Positions 47,280 to 56,879 of a stretch of 59,777 bases of DNA are shown here, piece after piece. Within the stretch, counting starts at the first letter, position 1, and each line of letters opens with the position of its first letter. The translations under genes and the position numbers were made by a program. The stretch lies in NCBI GenBank assembly GCA_038064535.1, contig JBBTSX010000011.1, positions 1 through 59,777 on the forward strand, read 5' to 3'. The notes under the pieces were generated by a model that saw only the letters and a program-made list of their open reading frames with translations, did not search any database and was not told the DNA's origin. This DNA comes from Patescibacteria group bacterium. Lineage in GTDB: Bacteria > Patescibacteriota > Minisyncoccia > Phycocordibacterales > UBA2100.

Positions 47280-47627
47280 CTACTTTTGCTTGTCGCGGAA
47301 TGTAACGACGTAGCCTTCGGTTCTTCCACCGGTGCCAAGGAACACCGACGAATGAAATGGTGCAACACCGGCCACCTCGAGCGATGGATGCTCCGCAAGA
47401 TACATTCCAAGTGCGCGGTCAAACGTCTGTCCTGTACAGGGCAAATGCAAGCTCCACACGGCAGGTCCGCTCGGAATGCATTGCCTTACCGCAAAGTCAG
47501 GGTCGGTATGGTCGATGAAAGCCATCATGGCGACTGTGGCGAAAAGGACAACAGGGAAAACCCTGCCGACAAGTATTCCGCTCCAGTCCCTGCGTCCGTC
47601 AGCGAATTTCAACGTCCTGAACATCAC
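47280..47627 (-). CDS. hypothetical membrane-anchored orphan protein
   Basis: AGGAGG SD; one TM; GC hairpin downstream. Confidence 0.6.
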   Translation of the reverse strand: MMFRTLKFADGRRDWSGILVGRVFPVVLFATVAMMAFIDHTDPDFAVRQCIPSGPAVWSLHLPCTGQTFDRALGMYLAEHPSLEVAGVAPFHSSVFLGTGGRTEGYVVTFRDKQK

Positions 47628-47679
47628 ATCCTCCTGCGGCTGATGTTGTATCTGTAGGGTAGCAGAAGAGACATGATAC

Positions 47680-49074
47680 TCAAAACGGAGCGCCGTCGCC
47701 CTCCACGTGCGCCTCCGTCATCACATCGCCGAAGTCGCTCTTCTCCACGGAGCGGAAAGTGGTTTTCGATTCGTCGAACAGAAGGTCGACTTTGCCGATA
47801 GGGCCGTTGCGGTGCTTTTCGATAAGAATCTCGGCGACGTTGGTTTTCTCGGCGCCGGTGTCGGCGTTCATTTTGTCTTCGCGGTGGATAAACATCACCA
47901 CGTCGGCATCCTGCTCGATGGAGCCCGAATCGCGCAGGTCGGACAGGCGGGGCCGGCCGCGGCGGGTCTCAATGGCGCGGGAAAGCTGAGAGAGAGCCAA
48001 GACCGGTACTTTGAGTTCGCGGGCCATCGATTTGAGCGAGCGCGATATCTCGGTAATTTGTTGCACGAGGTTGTCGTTGCCGCGGCTCGTGCCCGGCGTG
48101 ATGAGCTGGAGGTAGTCCACAATGAGGAGTCCGAGGTCTTTTTCCATCTTGAGACGCCGCGCGACGGAGCGCATGGCGAGTACAGTAGTTCCCGGCTTGT
48201 CGTCGATATAAATGGGCGCCTCGCTGAGTTGCGCGATGCCTTCCTGCAAGCGGTCGTACTCGTCGTCTTTGGAAATTTTGCCGGTACGCAAGCGCCACGA
48301 ATCCACACCCGCCTGCGCCGCAAGCATACGGTCTACAAGTTGTTCTGAAGCCATTTCGAGCGAGAAAATACCGACGGCAGTTTTGTGTTTGACTGCAGTT
48401 TGACGGGCGATGTCGAGCGCGAGCGCGGTCTTGCCCATCGAGGGACGCGCCGCGAGAATGATGAGGTCGGATTTTTGGAGACCGGAGAGCATGTTGTCGA
48501 GCTGGGGAAAGCCGGTCGGTACTCCGCGCAAAGCGCCTTTGTGTTTTTGCAATAATTCGAGCCGTTCCCACGCGCCTGCAAGCTCCTCTTTGATGGCGCT
48601 GAAGCTCTGAAGCATCGGGGAATTGGTGACTTGGAAAACTGCGGACTGCGCGTCGTCGAGCACCTGCTCGATGTCGCGGTCTTCCTGAAACCCGAGCTCG
48701 CCGATTTTCGCCGCCGCCTCGATGAGACTGCGGAGTACGAATTTTGTCTGGACGCTCTGTGCGTAGTGGCGCGCCGAGCCGGGGGAGGCGGCGGCACCGG
48801 CGACTTCGGATAGATATGCGACGCCTCCGATTGCGGTCAGCTCTTTGCGCTCTTTGAGTTTGCCGGAGACGGTGACGACATCGATGGGCTCGCCCTTGGT
48901 ATGCAGGCTGAGCATGGCGTCGAATATGGTGCGGTGTTTGCCGGCATAAAAAGAGTCAACGCCGACGACGTCGACGATTTCGTACATTGCTCCGGGGGAA
49001 AGAAGCAGTGCGCCGAGAAGCGCCTTTTCCATTTCAATATCTTGCGGCGGCACGCGAGTCGCTTGGGCAATCAT
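47680..49074 (-). CDS. dnaB: replicative DNA helicase
   Basis: AARPSMGKT, FSLEM, IVDYLQL, LSQLSR, DLRDSGSIEQDAD, KHRNGP. Confidence 0.98.
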   Translation of the reverse strand: MIAQATRVPPQDIEMEKALLGALLLSPGAMYEIVDVVGVDSFYAGKHRTIFDAMLSLHTKGEPIDVVTVSGKLKERKELTAIGGVAYLSEVAGAAASPGSARHYAQSVQTKFVLRSLIEAAAKIGELGFQEDRDIEQVLDDAQSAVFQVTNSPMLQSFSAIKEELAGAWERLELLQKHKGALRGVPTGFPQLDNMLSGLQKSDLIILAARPSMGKTALALDIARQTAVKHKTAVGIFSLEMASEQLVDRMLAAQAGVDSWRLRTGKISKDDEYDRLQEGIAQLSEAPIYIDDKPGTTVLAMRSVARRLKMEKDLGLLIVDYLQLITPGTSRGNDNLVQQITEISRSLKSMARELKVPVLALSQLSRAIETRRGRPRLSDLRDSGSIEQDADVVMFIHREDKMNADTGAEKTNVAEILIEKHRNGPIGKVDLLFDESKTTFRSVEKSDFGDVMTEAHVEGDGAPF

Positions 49075-49239
49075 CTGGCGATTCTAGCACGGTGAGATTT
49101 TTCGAATTCACGGCGAAGTTGCAAGATATGGGAGTTGCCTGTGGACAGGGGGTGGATTGGGCGGTCTTGGGGTTCATTGACATAAGTAGGGGCTCTAACG
49201 TCGTATCAAACGCCCAGTTAGCCAAGGTATAATTTCTTC

Positions 49240-49929
49240 ATGCAACTAAAGATTCTTTCTTGGAATATTTGGTATGACGGGCATTTTGATGAGATTTCAC
49301 GATTTCTTGCATCTTTCGACGCAGATATCCTTGGACTGCAGGAAGTAGTGCCAGACGACCCTACAAGGGATACAATCGGCTTCCTCAAAGGGCTGGGTTA
49401 CCAGCATGTAATTGCTCCGGTTCTGACGATAAAAAAAGACGGAAGAACCATGAGTAACGCGATTTTCAGCAAGTACCCAATCGTAAGCTCAGAGATATAT
49501 ACCTTGTCGGACACCGACAGTCGCAATGCGTTGCGGGCAGATATAAAAGTTGGAGAAACAATACTGCATGTGTTCAGTACCCACCTCCTACACACGCACC
49601 AACAATCGTCAGATACTCAAGAACTTCAAGCAAAAAATCTTGTCGAAGCACTTGCTCCAGACCATCTTATGGTTATGGGAGACTTTAACGCAACTCCCAG
49701 TAGTGCAGTTATACAGAAGATGAGAAAAGTCTTGGTGGATACGCATAGCGCATCAGTACCCACGTTAAATGCAAATCTATTTGACTGTCGTATTTGCGAC
49801 CCGCAGGCAATTCCTACTACCCGCTTGGACTACATTTTCACCAGCAAGGATATAAAAACACACTCATTCAAGGTTCACGATGCGGCCGGCTCCGACCATC
49901 TGGCACTTTCAGTAATCGCCGAGATATAA
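49240..49929 (+). CDS. endonuclease/exonuclease/phosphatase family protein
   Basis: SWNI, LQEV, THL, GDFN, LDYIF, SDH. Confidence 0.93.
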   Translation: MQLKILSWNIWYDGHFDEISRFLASFDADILGLQEVVPDDPTRDTIGFLKGLGYQHVIAPVLTIKKDGRTMSNAIFSKYPIVSSEIYTLSDTDSRNALRADIKVGETILHVFSTHLLHTHQQSSDTQELQAKNLVEALAPDHLMVMGDFNATPSSAVIQKMRKVLVDTHSASVPTLNANLFDCRICDPQAIPTTRLDYIFTSKDIKTHSFKVHDAAGSDHLALSVIAEI

Positions 49930-50223
49930 TTCTAAAGAGCAAAAAAGTAAAGAGCAAGGGTAGTCCTTGCCACCATATTCCCATTTGTAAGCTATCGTCA
50001 CCAATAGGGAATATGCAACTTGGGAGCTAAACTCCGAAGTCGAAAGGTGGCTTAAAAACCGCAAGAAATACGCATACACTAATTCTGCGCGACCGCGTAC
50101 ATTAAGTGTATGTGAGAAAAGCAGTGGATTCGTACAAGAGCTTGACGCGGGGCGCCGTATTTGTTACAACAAAGCCACGGCATTCCAAATAGTCAAATTG
50201 GCTATAGAAATCGCCCATATACC

Positions 50224-51246
50224 ATGCTTTCATTCTCGGTCAAAAACGTCACAAAAGAGCTCCTTTCGGAGCTTCCTGAGCGCTCTCGCCGCGTGCTTAT
50301 TGATCGTTTCGGTCTTTCCGGCAAAGGTGAGTCCCGTACCCTCGACGCCATCGGGCAGGAGTACGGCATCACCCGCGAGCGCATCCGCCAGATAGAAAAT
50401 CACGGTCTTTCGACCGTGCGCGATTCCGACGCGTACGAAACGCACGCGCCCACTCTCGAAGACCTCAAGCGTGCGCTCAATGCTCTCGGCGGTGTACTCG
50501 CCGAAGAGACTGTGCTCCGCGAAATCGCCAAGAACGAGGGCGACCACAACCACATCGTCTTTTTGTTCACCGTCGGGCATCATTTCGATTTCCGCCGCGA
50601 AGACGCCGATTTCAAGACGCGTTGGCACATTGACGAACAACTCGCTGAACAGGTGGAGCAGGCGCTTTCTGCGCTCTATGAATCACTAGAAACAAACCGT
50701 CTTACACCGGAAGATGAATTTTTGCAGTTGTTCGCAAAGCACCTCAAACAACAGGGAGTGAAGAACCGTCCCGACGACGTCATGACGCGCTGGCTCCTCA
50801 TTTCGAAGCGCGTCGGCAAAAATCCGCTCGGCGAATGGGGCCGGCAGGAGTCTCCGCATGTACGCATCAAGAACACGCGCGATTTCGCCTACCTCACGCT
50901 CAAGCGCCACGGCAGCCCGATGCACTTCACCGAGGTCGCCAAAGGTATCGAAAAACTTTTCGGCCGCGAGACGCATCCCGCGACGACCCACAACGAACTC
51001 ATCAAGGACAATCGCTTCGTGCTTGTCGGACGCGGCCTGTACGCGCTCAAGGAGTGGGGCTATGAGCCGGGCGTCGTGCGCGAGGTCATCAAAGGGATTA
51101 TCGAGCGTGAAGGACCGCTCTCTCGCGAGGACGTCATCGAGCGCGTGAAGCGCGAGCGCTACGTCAAAGACGCGACCATCTCGGTCAATCTTCAGAATAG
51201 TATGTTTACACGCCTTTCCGACGGTCGCTATTCGCTGACAAAATAA
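50224..51246 (+). CDS. sigma70 region 4-like HTH plus HARE-HTH (RNAP delta-like) domain protein
   Basis: RTLDAIGQEYGITRERIRQIE; PMHFTEVA...HNELIKDNRFVLVGRGLYALKEWG. Confidence 0.8.
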   Translation: MLSFSVKNVTKELLSELPERSRRVLIDRFGLSGKGESRTLDAIGQEYGITRERIRQIENHGLSTVRDSDAYETHAPTLEDLKRALNALGGVLAEETVLREIAKNEGDHNHIVFLFTVGHHFDFRREDADFKTRWHIDEQLAEQVEQALSALYESLETNRLTPEDEFLQLFAKHLKQQGVKNRPDDVMTRWLLISKRVGKNPLGEWGRQESPHVRIKNTRDFAYLTLKRHGSPMHFTEVAKGIEKLFGRETHPATTHNELIKDNRFVLVGRGLYALKEWGYEPGVVREVIKGIIEREGPLSREDVIERVKRERYVKDATISVNLQNSMFTRLSDGRYSLTK

Positions 51247-51268
51247 ACTCCACAGAACACCAGTTCTC

Positions 51269-51297
51269 CACGAACGCCCCATGATGGGGCGTTCGTG
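51269..51297. terminator. hairpin terminator
   Basis: CACGAACGCCCC-atgat-GGGGCGTTCGTG. Confidence 0.75.
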
Positions 51298-51310
51298 TTA
51301 AAATATCGTC

Positions 51311-52729
51311 ATGGCGCACGGCGGACACGGACCATTCCGGCACTTTCTAGGCGGACTGTTCGACATTGAATACTGGGGCGAGTGGGGTATTTCGCGCGCA
51401 CTTTTTTTAGGCATTATTTTTGCCGGCCTCTACTTTATCCTCGGTAATTTCATTCCCAATCTCCCGCTCTTCACGTTCAATTGGCTTGTCGCGACGGCAC
51501 CGATATGGGTTCCTATCGGACTCGTCATCGGTGCCTGGAAGGCCTGGGTCACCTACATTCAATCGCTCTATATTTCCGGCCGCCAGCCGGTACTGCTCGA
51601 GATGAAGATACCGCGCGAGGTTGCCCGCTCACCCCGCGCGATGGAGCTTGCGCTTACGAGCCTCAATCTCTCTTCGGGCGAGACGACCTTCCTCCACCGT
51701 GCATGGAGGGGACAGGTGCGTCCGTTCTTTTCTTTGGAAATAGTGAGCTTCGGAGGCGACATTCATTTTTACATTTGGTGTTGGAAACCCTACAAGGACA
51801 TCATGGAAATAATGATGTATTCGCAGTACCCCGAGATTGAAATCGTCGAAGTCGAAGACTATGCGACGAAATTCCAGTACGATCCGGAAAAACACATGGC
51901 ATGGGGCGTCGAGTGGCCCCTCATGACATATATGGACATAGGCCAGATGGATTTCAGAATCAATGCATACCAGCCGCGTACATACATTGATTTCGAATTG
52001 GACAAAGACCCGAAAGAGGAGTTCAAAATCGACCCTCTTTCCAATATTCTGGAATTTATGAGCAGTATCAAGCCCAACGAGCAACTCTGGATACAAATCG
52101 TACTGAGAAAATCCGGTAAGCGATTCATACTCAATCCGCTCGGCCTCCCCGACGAAGACGGCCTGTGGAAAAATATGGTGGAAAACGAAGTCAACAAACT
52201 GCGAGCCGAGGCCGCCATCATTCCGGCGGATACCCTCAAGGAAGTTCTTGCGGAGCACGGCGAAGAGGAGGACAAGCACGTGTCACCGCGCCCATCATGG
52301 AAGCAGCAGGAAATGATGAAATCGATGGAGCGTCACCTCGGCAAGTACCCGTTCCAAGTCGGTATGCGCGGTATTTACTGGACCGAGGGTGAGTTGCGCG
52401 GTCCGATTTACACGGGATTTCGTTGGATATGGCGTCCGTTCGGCAATCCGCAGTATGGGACGCACCTGCGGCCGAAGAAATGGCATTGCGACTTCGACTA
52501 CCCGTGGCAGGACGTCCACGACTTGCGTTGGATAAACCAGACGTATCGCGTGCACGACGCGTACCGCCGGCGCTCGTTCTTTAATTCACCGTGGATATTG
52601 CCGACCAACGTGCTGACCAACGAAACGATAGCTTCTCTGTGGCATCCGCCGAGTCGTGCCACCGCCACGCCGGGTATTCAGCGTATGGCCGCGACCAAGG
52701 CCGAGCCGCCTGCGAACCTCCCGAAATAG
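51311..52729 (+). CDS. conserved hypothetical membrane-anchored protein
   Basis: N-terminal TMs; LLEMKIPRE, FSLEIVS, SQYPEIEI, LWHPP, EPPANLP. Confidence 0.85.
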   Translation: MAHGGHGPFRHFLGGLFDIEYWGEWGISRALFLGIIFAGLYFILGNFIPNLPLFTFNWLVATAPIWVPIGLVIGAWKAWVTYIQSLYISGRQPVLLEMKIPREVARSPRAMELALTSLNLSSGETTFLHRAWRGQVRPFFSLEIVSFGGDIHFYIWCWKPYKDIMEIMMYSQYPEIEIVEVEDYATKFQYDPEKHMAWGVEWPLMTYMDIGQMDFRINAYQPRTYIDFELDKDPKEEFKIDPLSNILEFMSSIKPNEQLWIQIVLRKSGKRFILNPLGLPDEDGLWKNMVENEVNKLRAEAAIIPADTLKEVLAEHGEEEDKHVSPRPSWKQQEMMKSMERHLGKYPFQVGMRGIYWTEGELRGPIYTGFRWIWRPFGNPQYGTHLRPKKWHCDFDYPWQDVHDLRWINQTYRVHDAYRRRSFFNSPWILPTNVLTNETIASLWHPPSRATATPGIQRMAATKAEPPANLPK

Positions 52730-52732
52730 TCC

Positions 52733-53761
52733 ATGGATTCACTCAAGGCCGCACTGGAGCAGTTTTTTGCCGCACTCGACGGCGTACAGCTACGCCTTTC
52801 GGAGCGGTGGCGCCTGCACGCCAATCGCCGCACCATCATAGTTCTCGTTATACTCGGGACATTGTCAACGTATGCGTGGGTCGCATTGATACAGGCTCCC
52901 GATAATTTTCCGATAGACAAGCTGGTCTCTGTGCCGCAGGGGGAAACACTGAGCCAAATCGCGCAGACGCTGTACGACGACGGTGTCATACGTTCGCCGT
53001 TTGCGTTCAGAGTGTTGATGACGCTTTTCGGCACCACGCGCACCGCGCAGGCGGGCGATTACCTGTTCAAAGAGCCGCGCGAACTCTTTTCTATCGCGCG
53101 TGCGATGTCGGTCGGCGCGTTCGGGCTCGAGCCGGCGAGGATTCGCGTCCCCGAGGGGGCGACGGTGAAAGAGATGGCGGCGATTTTCAGCGTTCACTTG
53201 GAGCGCTTCAACAAAGAGAACTTTCTCGCGCAGGCGCAACCGCAGGAGGGGTACCTCTTTCCCGACACGTATTTCTTTCTTCCCAACGCCGACGAAGGAA
53301 CGGTGATACAAACACTCCGCCAGAATTTCGACTCCAAAATCACATCGATTGCGCCGCTGATTGCGAGCTCGACGCGCAGTGTGAGCGACATTGTCGTTAT
53401 GGCATCCATCCTCGAGCGCGAGGCGTACAATACAGCCGACCGCAAGATGATTTCCGGCGTGTTGTGGAACCGTATCAGGAAGGGAATGCCGTTGCAGGTC
53501 GACGTGACATTCGCCTACACACACGGCAAGGGCACGTTCCAAATCACGATGAAGGACCTTGTCACGCCCTCGGCGTACAACACATACATCAACAAAGGTC
53601 TTCCACCGACGCCGATAGGGAACCCGTCGCTCGATTCGCTTGTCGCGGCGGCCGTCCCGACGAAGAACGATTACCTGTATTTTCTCGCTGACCGGCGCGG
53701 CGTGACGCATTTCTGCAAGAATTACGCGTGCCAGCTCGCCAACAAAGCGCGGTATTTCTAA
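52733..53761 (+). CDS. mltG: endolytic transglycosylase MltG (YceG)
   Basis: EGYLFPDTY, MASILERE, YNTY..KGLPPTPIGNP, YLYF. Confidence 0.95.
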   Translation: MDSLKAALEQFFAALDGVQLRLSERWRLHANRRTIIVLVILGTLSTYAWVALIQAPDNFPIDKLVSVPQGETLSQIAQTLYDDGVIRSPFAFRVLMTLFGTTRTAQAGDYLFKEPRELFSIARAMSVGAFGLEPARIRVPEGATVKEMAAIFSVHLERFNKENFLAQAQPQEGYLFPDTYFFLPNADEGTVIQTLRQNFDSKITSIAPLIASSTRSVSDIVVMASILEREAYNTADRKMISGVLWNRIRKGMPLQVDVTFAYTHGKGTFQITMKDLVTPSAYNTYINKGLPPTPIGNPSLDSLVAAAVPTKNDYLYFLADRRGVTHFCKNYACQLANKARYF

Positions 53762-53779
53762 ACTTGATATAGTAGTGCG

Positions 53780-54904
53780 ATGGCACATACGGTTTTTGTC
53801 GGACTCTCCGGGGGTGTAGATAGCGCGGTGAGCGCCGCGCTTCTCAAAGAGCAGGGGCACAAGGTGGTGGGCGTATTCATAAAGATTTGGCAACCGGAAT
53901 TTATCGAGTGCACGTGGCAGAGAGACCGGCTCGATGCGATGCGCGTCGCCGCGGCGCTTGGCATTCCGTTCAAGGAAATTGATTTGTCCGAAGAGTACAA
54001 AAACGAAGTCGTCACAAAAATGATTTCATCGTATGAAGCCGGAGAGACGCCGAATCCCGACGTATTGTGCAACCGCAGTATCAAATTCGGCGCTTTTTCG
54101 AAATGGGCGCGCGCGGAGGGCGCCGACGTTGTCGCGACGGGGCATTATGCGCAAATCAAGAAAGGTGAGTACGGCCCCGAGCTGTGGCGCGGAGCGGATG
54201 CGTCAAAAGACCAGTCCTACTTTTTGTACCAACTCAGTCAGAGTGACCTTTCGCGGGCGGCGTTCCCCGTCGGCGCAATGACAAAAAAACAAGTGCGCGC
54301 GTATGCAAAAGCGCATTCACTCCCCGTCGCGCAGAAACCCGACAGTCAGGGGCTGTGTTTTGTCGGCGACGTCAGCATGCGCGATTTCCTGAAGCGTTTT
54401 ATCACAGTTGCCGACGGGAGGGTGACCGACAAGAAGGGCCACATTGTCGGCGTACACGAAGGCGCCGCGCTCTACACTATCGGACAGCGGCACGGGTTTA
54501 CCATCACCAAAAAGCAGTTGGCGAAGACGCCGCACTATGTCACCGGTATTGATACCAAAAACAACATCGTGATAGTGTCGGCAAACCGCTCCGATGCGGC
54601 GCGCGCGAGCATCCATGTGCCGGACATGCATTGGATATCGGGTGCCGCCCCGTCGTTCCTCACTGGACTTGCCGTGCAGACGCGCTACCGCGAGACGCCG
54701 CTTGCCATCAAGCTGCGCAGTGAAGCTAAGCGTGCCTATATCGACTTTAGCGAGCCTCACGTCGTCGCCCCCGGTCAATCAGCCGTTGTGTATGACGGCG
54801 GCCGCTGTCTCGGCGGCGGCATCATCGCAAAAGACGCCGCTCCCGTGGTCGCTTCGACAAAGACGCAAGAAGTCAGGAAAATTGAGGTGACGGGCCGGAG
54901 TTGA
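53780..54904 (+). CDS. mnmA: tRNA 2-thiouridine synthase
   Basis: SGGVDS, TPNPDVLCN, ATGHYA, KDQSYFL, DSQGLCF, PGQ. Confidence 0.97.
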   Translation: MAHTVFVGLSGGVDSAVSAALLKEQGHKVVGVFIKIWQPEFIECTWQRDRLDAMRVAAALGIPFKEIDLSEEYKNEVVTKMISSYEAGETPNPDVLCNRSIKFGAFSKWARAEGADVVATGHYAQIKKGEYGPELWRGADASKDQSYFLYQLSQSDLSRAAFPVGAMTKKQVRAYAKAHSLPVAQKPDSQGLCFVGDVSMRDFLKRFITVADGRVTDKKGHIVGVHEGAALYTIGQRHGFTITKKQLAKTPHYVTGIDTKNNIVIVSANRSDAARASIHVPDMHWISGAAPSFLTGLAVQTRYRETPLAIKLRSEAKRAYIDFSEPHVVAPGQSAVVYDGGRCLGGGIIAKDAAPVVASTKTQEVRKIEVTGRS

Positions 54905-54970
54905 TATCCGCAGTCGGAGTGCGGGGAGTCTCTTGTGAGCCCGCAGTCGGGGTACAATGTGCGTAATGAA

Positions 54971-55090
54971 TCCCGTTAGAGACTGCGGAAGACGGAGTCA
55001 TGTTTTTTTGATGATACAGAGAGTGTCTGTGGTCGGATTATCAGCTCATAGCCGGGCGGGAAGCGTAACCGCTTCCTGTCTCTAACGGGA
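54971..55090. mobile_element. MITE-like element (CCCGTTAG TIR family), copy 4, at a start codon
   Basis: tcccgttagaga...tctctaacggga with a TGAA duplication; internally homologous to copy 3. Confidence 0.88.
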
Positions 55091-55497
55091 TGAAAGAAGC
55101 GCTCGTGCGCCTCGTGTGGTTCTTTATCATTGCGTGCGCGGTTTCGTACACGGTATTTCTCGTTGCGGGAAGCGCTATCCGCGCGCAAGCAATCGATGAG
55201 AGCCGTATTGTCCTCATCCGCGACTCTCTCAAGCCCGGCGTGCACTATCTCTCGGGTATCATCATGGCGCCTTCTACTTGTGCGCAGATATCGGAGCGCA
55301 CTACACAACTTTCGACAACGACATACCACCTGATTTTTACGAGCTGGGAGGAGCCGTCGGTGGCCTGCATACGGGAAGATACGCCTCGGTCGTTTCGTGT
55401 GGTCGTGTTCGCGCCCTCGGCGGGCATAGAATTTATCGGCTCGCTCGACGATACTCCGCTCCGGCTCGCGGTGATTCCTGTCATTCAACGCAATTGA
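55090..55497 (+). CDS. hypothetical exported protein
   Basis: N-terminal TM; its ATG is formed by the element end plus the TSD. Confidence 0.75.
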   Translation: MKEALVRLVWFFIIACAVSYTVFLVAGSAIRAQAIDESRIVLIRDSLKPGVHYLSGIIMAPSTCAQISERTTQLSTTTYHLIFTSWEEPSVACIREDTPRSFRVVVFAPSAGIEFIGSLDDTPLRLAVIPVIQRN

Positions 55498-55499
55498 AC

Positions 55500-56354
55500 A
55501 TGTCTCACATTTTCATAACAAAAGCAGACGGGGAACAGGAGCCTTTTGATCCGGTAAAGCTCGAGCGCTCGCTGTCGCACGCAGGCGCATCGTCGACTAT
55601 ACGCGCGCGTATTCTCTCGGAGGTCATCAAGGAGCTCCGGCCGCTCATGACGACCGAGGATATCTACCGGCGTGCGTTTTCATTGCTTAAGAAAGACGAG
55701 GCGACACCCATCGCGGCCCGATACTCGGTGAAGCGGGCGGTGTTTGCGCTGGGCCCCTCAGGATTTCCTTTTGAACAATTTCTTGCCGAAGTGTTGCGTG
55801 CACACGGCTGGCGCGTGCGCACCGATGTGACGCTCATGGGCCGCTGTGCTCCGCATGAGGTAGACGTGCTCGCCGAGAAGGACCTGCCTGCGCCCAGCGG
55901 CGGGCAGGCAGGCGTCAAGCGGGTCGGCATCGAGGCCAAATTCCACAACGAGCCGGGCGGCAAGACCGACATCAAAGACGCGCTCTATGTGAAGGCCCGT
56001 TACGACGACCTCCGCCAGGCGCCGCTTGCCTCTTCGCGGGTGGATGAGGGCTGGCTTGTTACCAATACGGTTCTGACGCGCAATGCCATCCGTTATGCGC
56101 GATGTTCCAATCTCACGGTTATCGGGTGGGACTATCCGCGCACCCGCGGACTGATGCAGATGATAGAGGAGGGGAAAGTGCATCCGCTCACGGCTCTGAC
56201 TACGCTTTCCGAGGGAGAAAAACGTCGCCTTTTGGAGAACAAAGTCGTCTTGTGCAAGAGTGTACAGGACCCGCATACACTCCGTGAGTACGGCGTCGCA
56301 CCGGGCAAGATTCCACAGGTACTTGAAGAAGCGAAACAATTATGTTCGATTTGA
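55500..56354 (+). CDS. ATP-cone plus restriction-endonuclease-like (Mrr-type PD-(D/E)XK) protein
   Basis: ITKADG..EPFD..KL ATP cone; GPSGFPFE, HEVDV...IEAKFHN. Confidence 0.85.
   Translation: MSHIFITKADGEQEPFDPVKLERSLSHAGASSTIRARILSEVIKELRPLMTTEDIYRRAFSLLKKDEATPIAARYSVKRAVFALGPSGFPFEQFLAEVLRAHGWRVRTDVTLMGRCAPHEVDVLAEKDLPAPSGGQAGVKRVGIEAKFHNEPGGKTDIKDALYVKARYDDLRQAPLASSRVDEGWLVTNTVLTRNAIRYARCSNLTVIGWDYPRTRGLMQMIEEGKVHPLTALTTLSEGEKRRLLENKVVLCKSVQDPHTLREYGVAPGKIPQVLEEAKQLCSI
55883..55912. repeat. CCTG...CAGG palindrome, in frame (LPAPSGGQAG)
   Basis: cctgcctgcgcccagcggcgggcaggcagg, 30 nt. Confidence 0.82.
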
Positions 56355-56369
56355 GCGTATAATTGACGC

Positions 56370-56879
56370 ATGCAAACTACGGCGCAATTTATCGACCCGA
56401 CGAGCATCATGTTCTTCAAGCTTGTGCTTGCGATAGTTCTCGGCGGAGTCATCGGCACGGAGCGCGCGATACTTGCCCGCCAACCCGCCGGCACGCGCAC
56501 GTTCGGACTCGTCGCACTCGGCTCGTGTCTTTTCGTTGTCATCGGCAATTACGTAAATATCGCATTTCTCGGTGTCGCGGATGTACAGCCGACGTTTCTT
56601 GCCGCCGGCATCATCACGGGTATCGGCTTCCTCGGCGGCGGGCTTATCATTTTCCGCGGCGATTCACTGCATGGCATCACAACCGCGGCGGGTCTTTGGA
56701 TAACGGCCGCCATCGGTATGGCGGTGGGCTTCGGCATGTACTCGGTCTCCATCTTTGCGGCACTCCTTTCCCTCATCATGTTCACGGGCATGTGGTACGT
56801 AGAGAACCGGTTCAAACATTGGTTCGAAGGCCACCAAGCGCTCGCGAATCATGCCGAGTCCCCAGGCAAAACACCATAG
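56370..56879 (+). CDS. MgtC/SapB family membrane protein
   Basis: IGTER...PAGTRTF, GIGFLGGG, GITTAAGLW. Confidence 0.93.
   Translation: MQTTAQFIDPTSIMFFKLVLAIVLGGVIGTERAILARQPAGTRTFGLVALGSCLFVVIGNYVNIAFLGVADVQPTFLAAGIITGIGFLGGGLIIFRGDSLHGITTAAGLWITAAIGMAVGFGMYSVSIFAALLSLIMFTGMWYVENRFKHWFEGHQALANHAESPGKTP

Noticed and set aside
49936-49962. TAAAGAGCAA direct repeat
   Set aside because: Two short low-complexity copies with no supporting context.
52865-53893. long antisense ORFs (this one, also 26280..27320 and 3360..4133)
   Set aside because: Shadows of well-supported genes in GC-rich sequence; no motifs.
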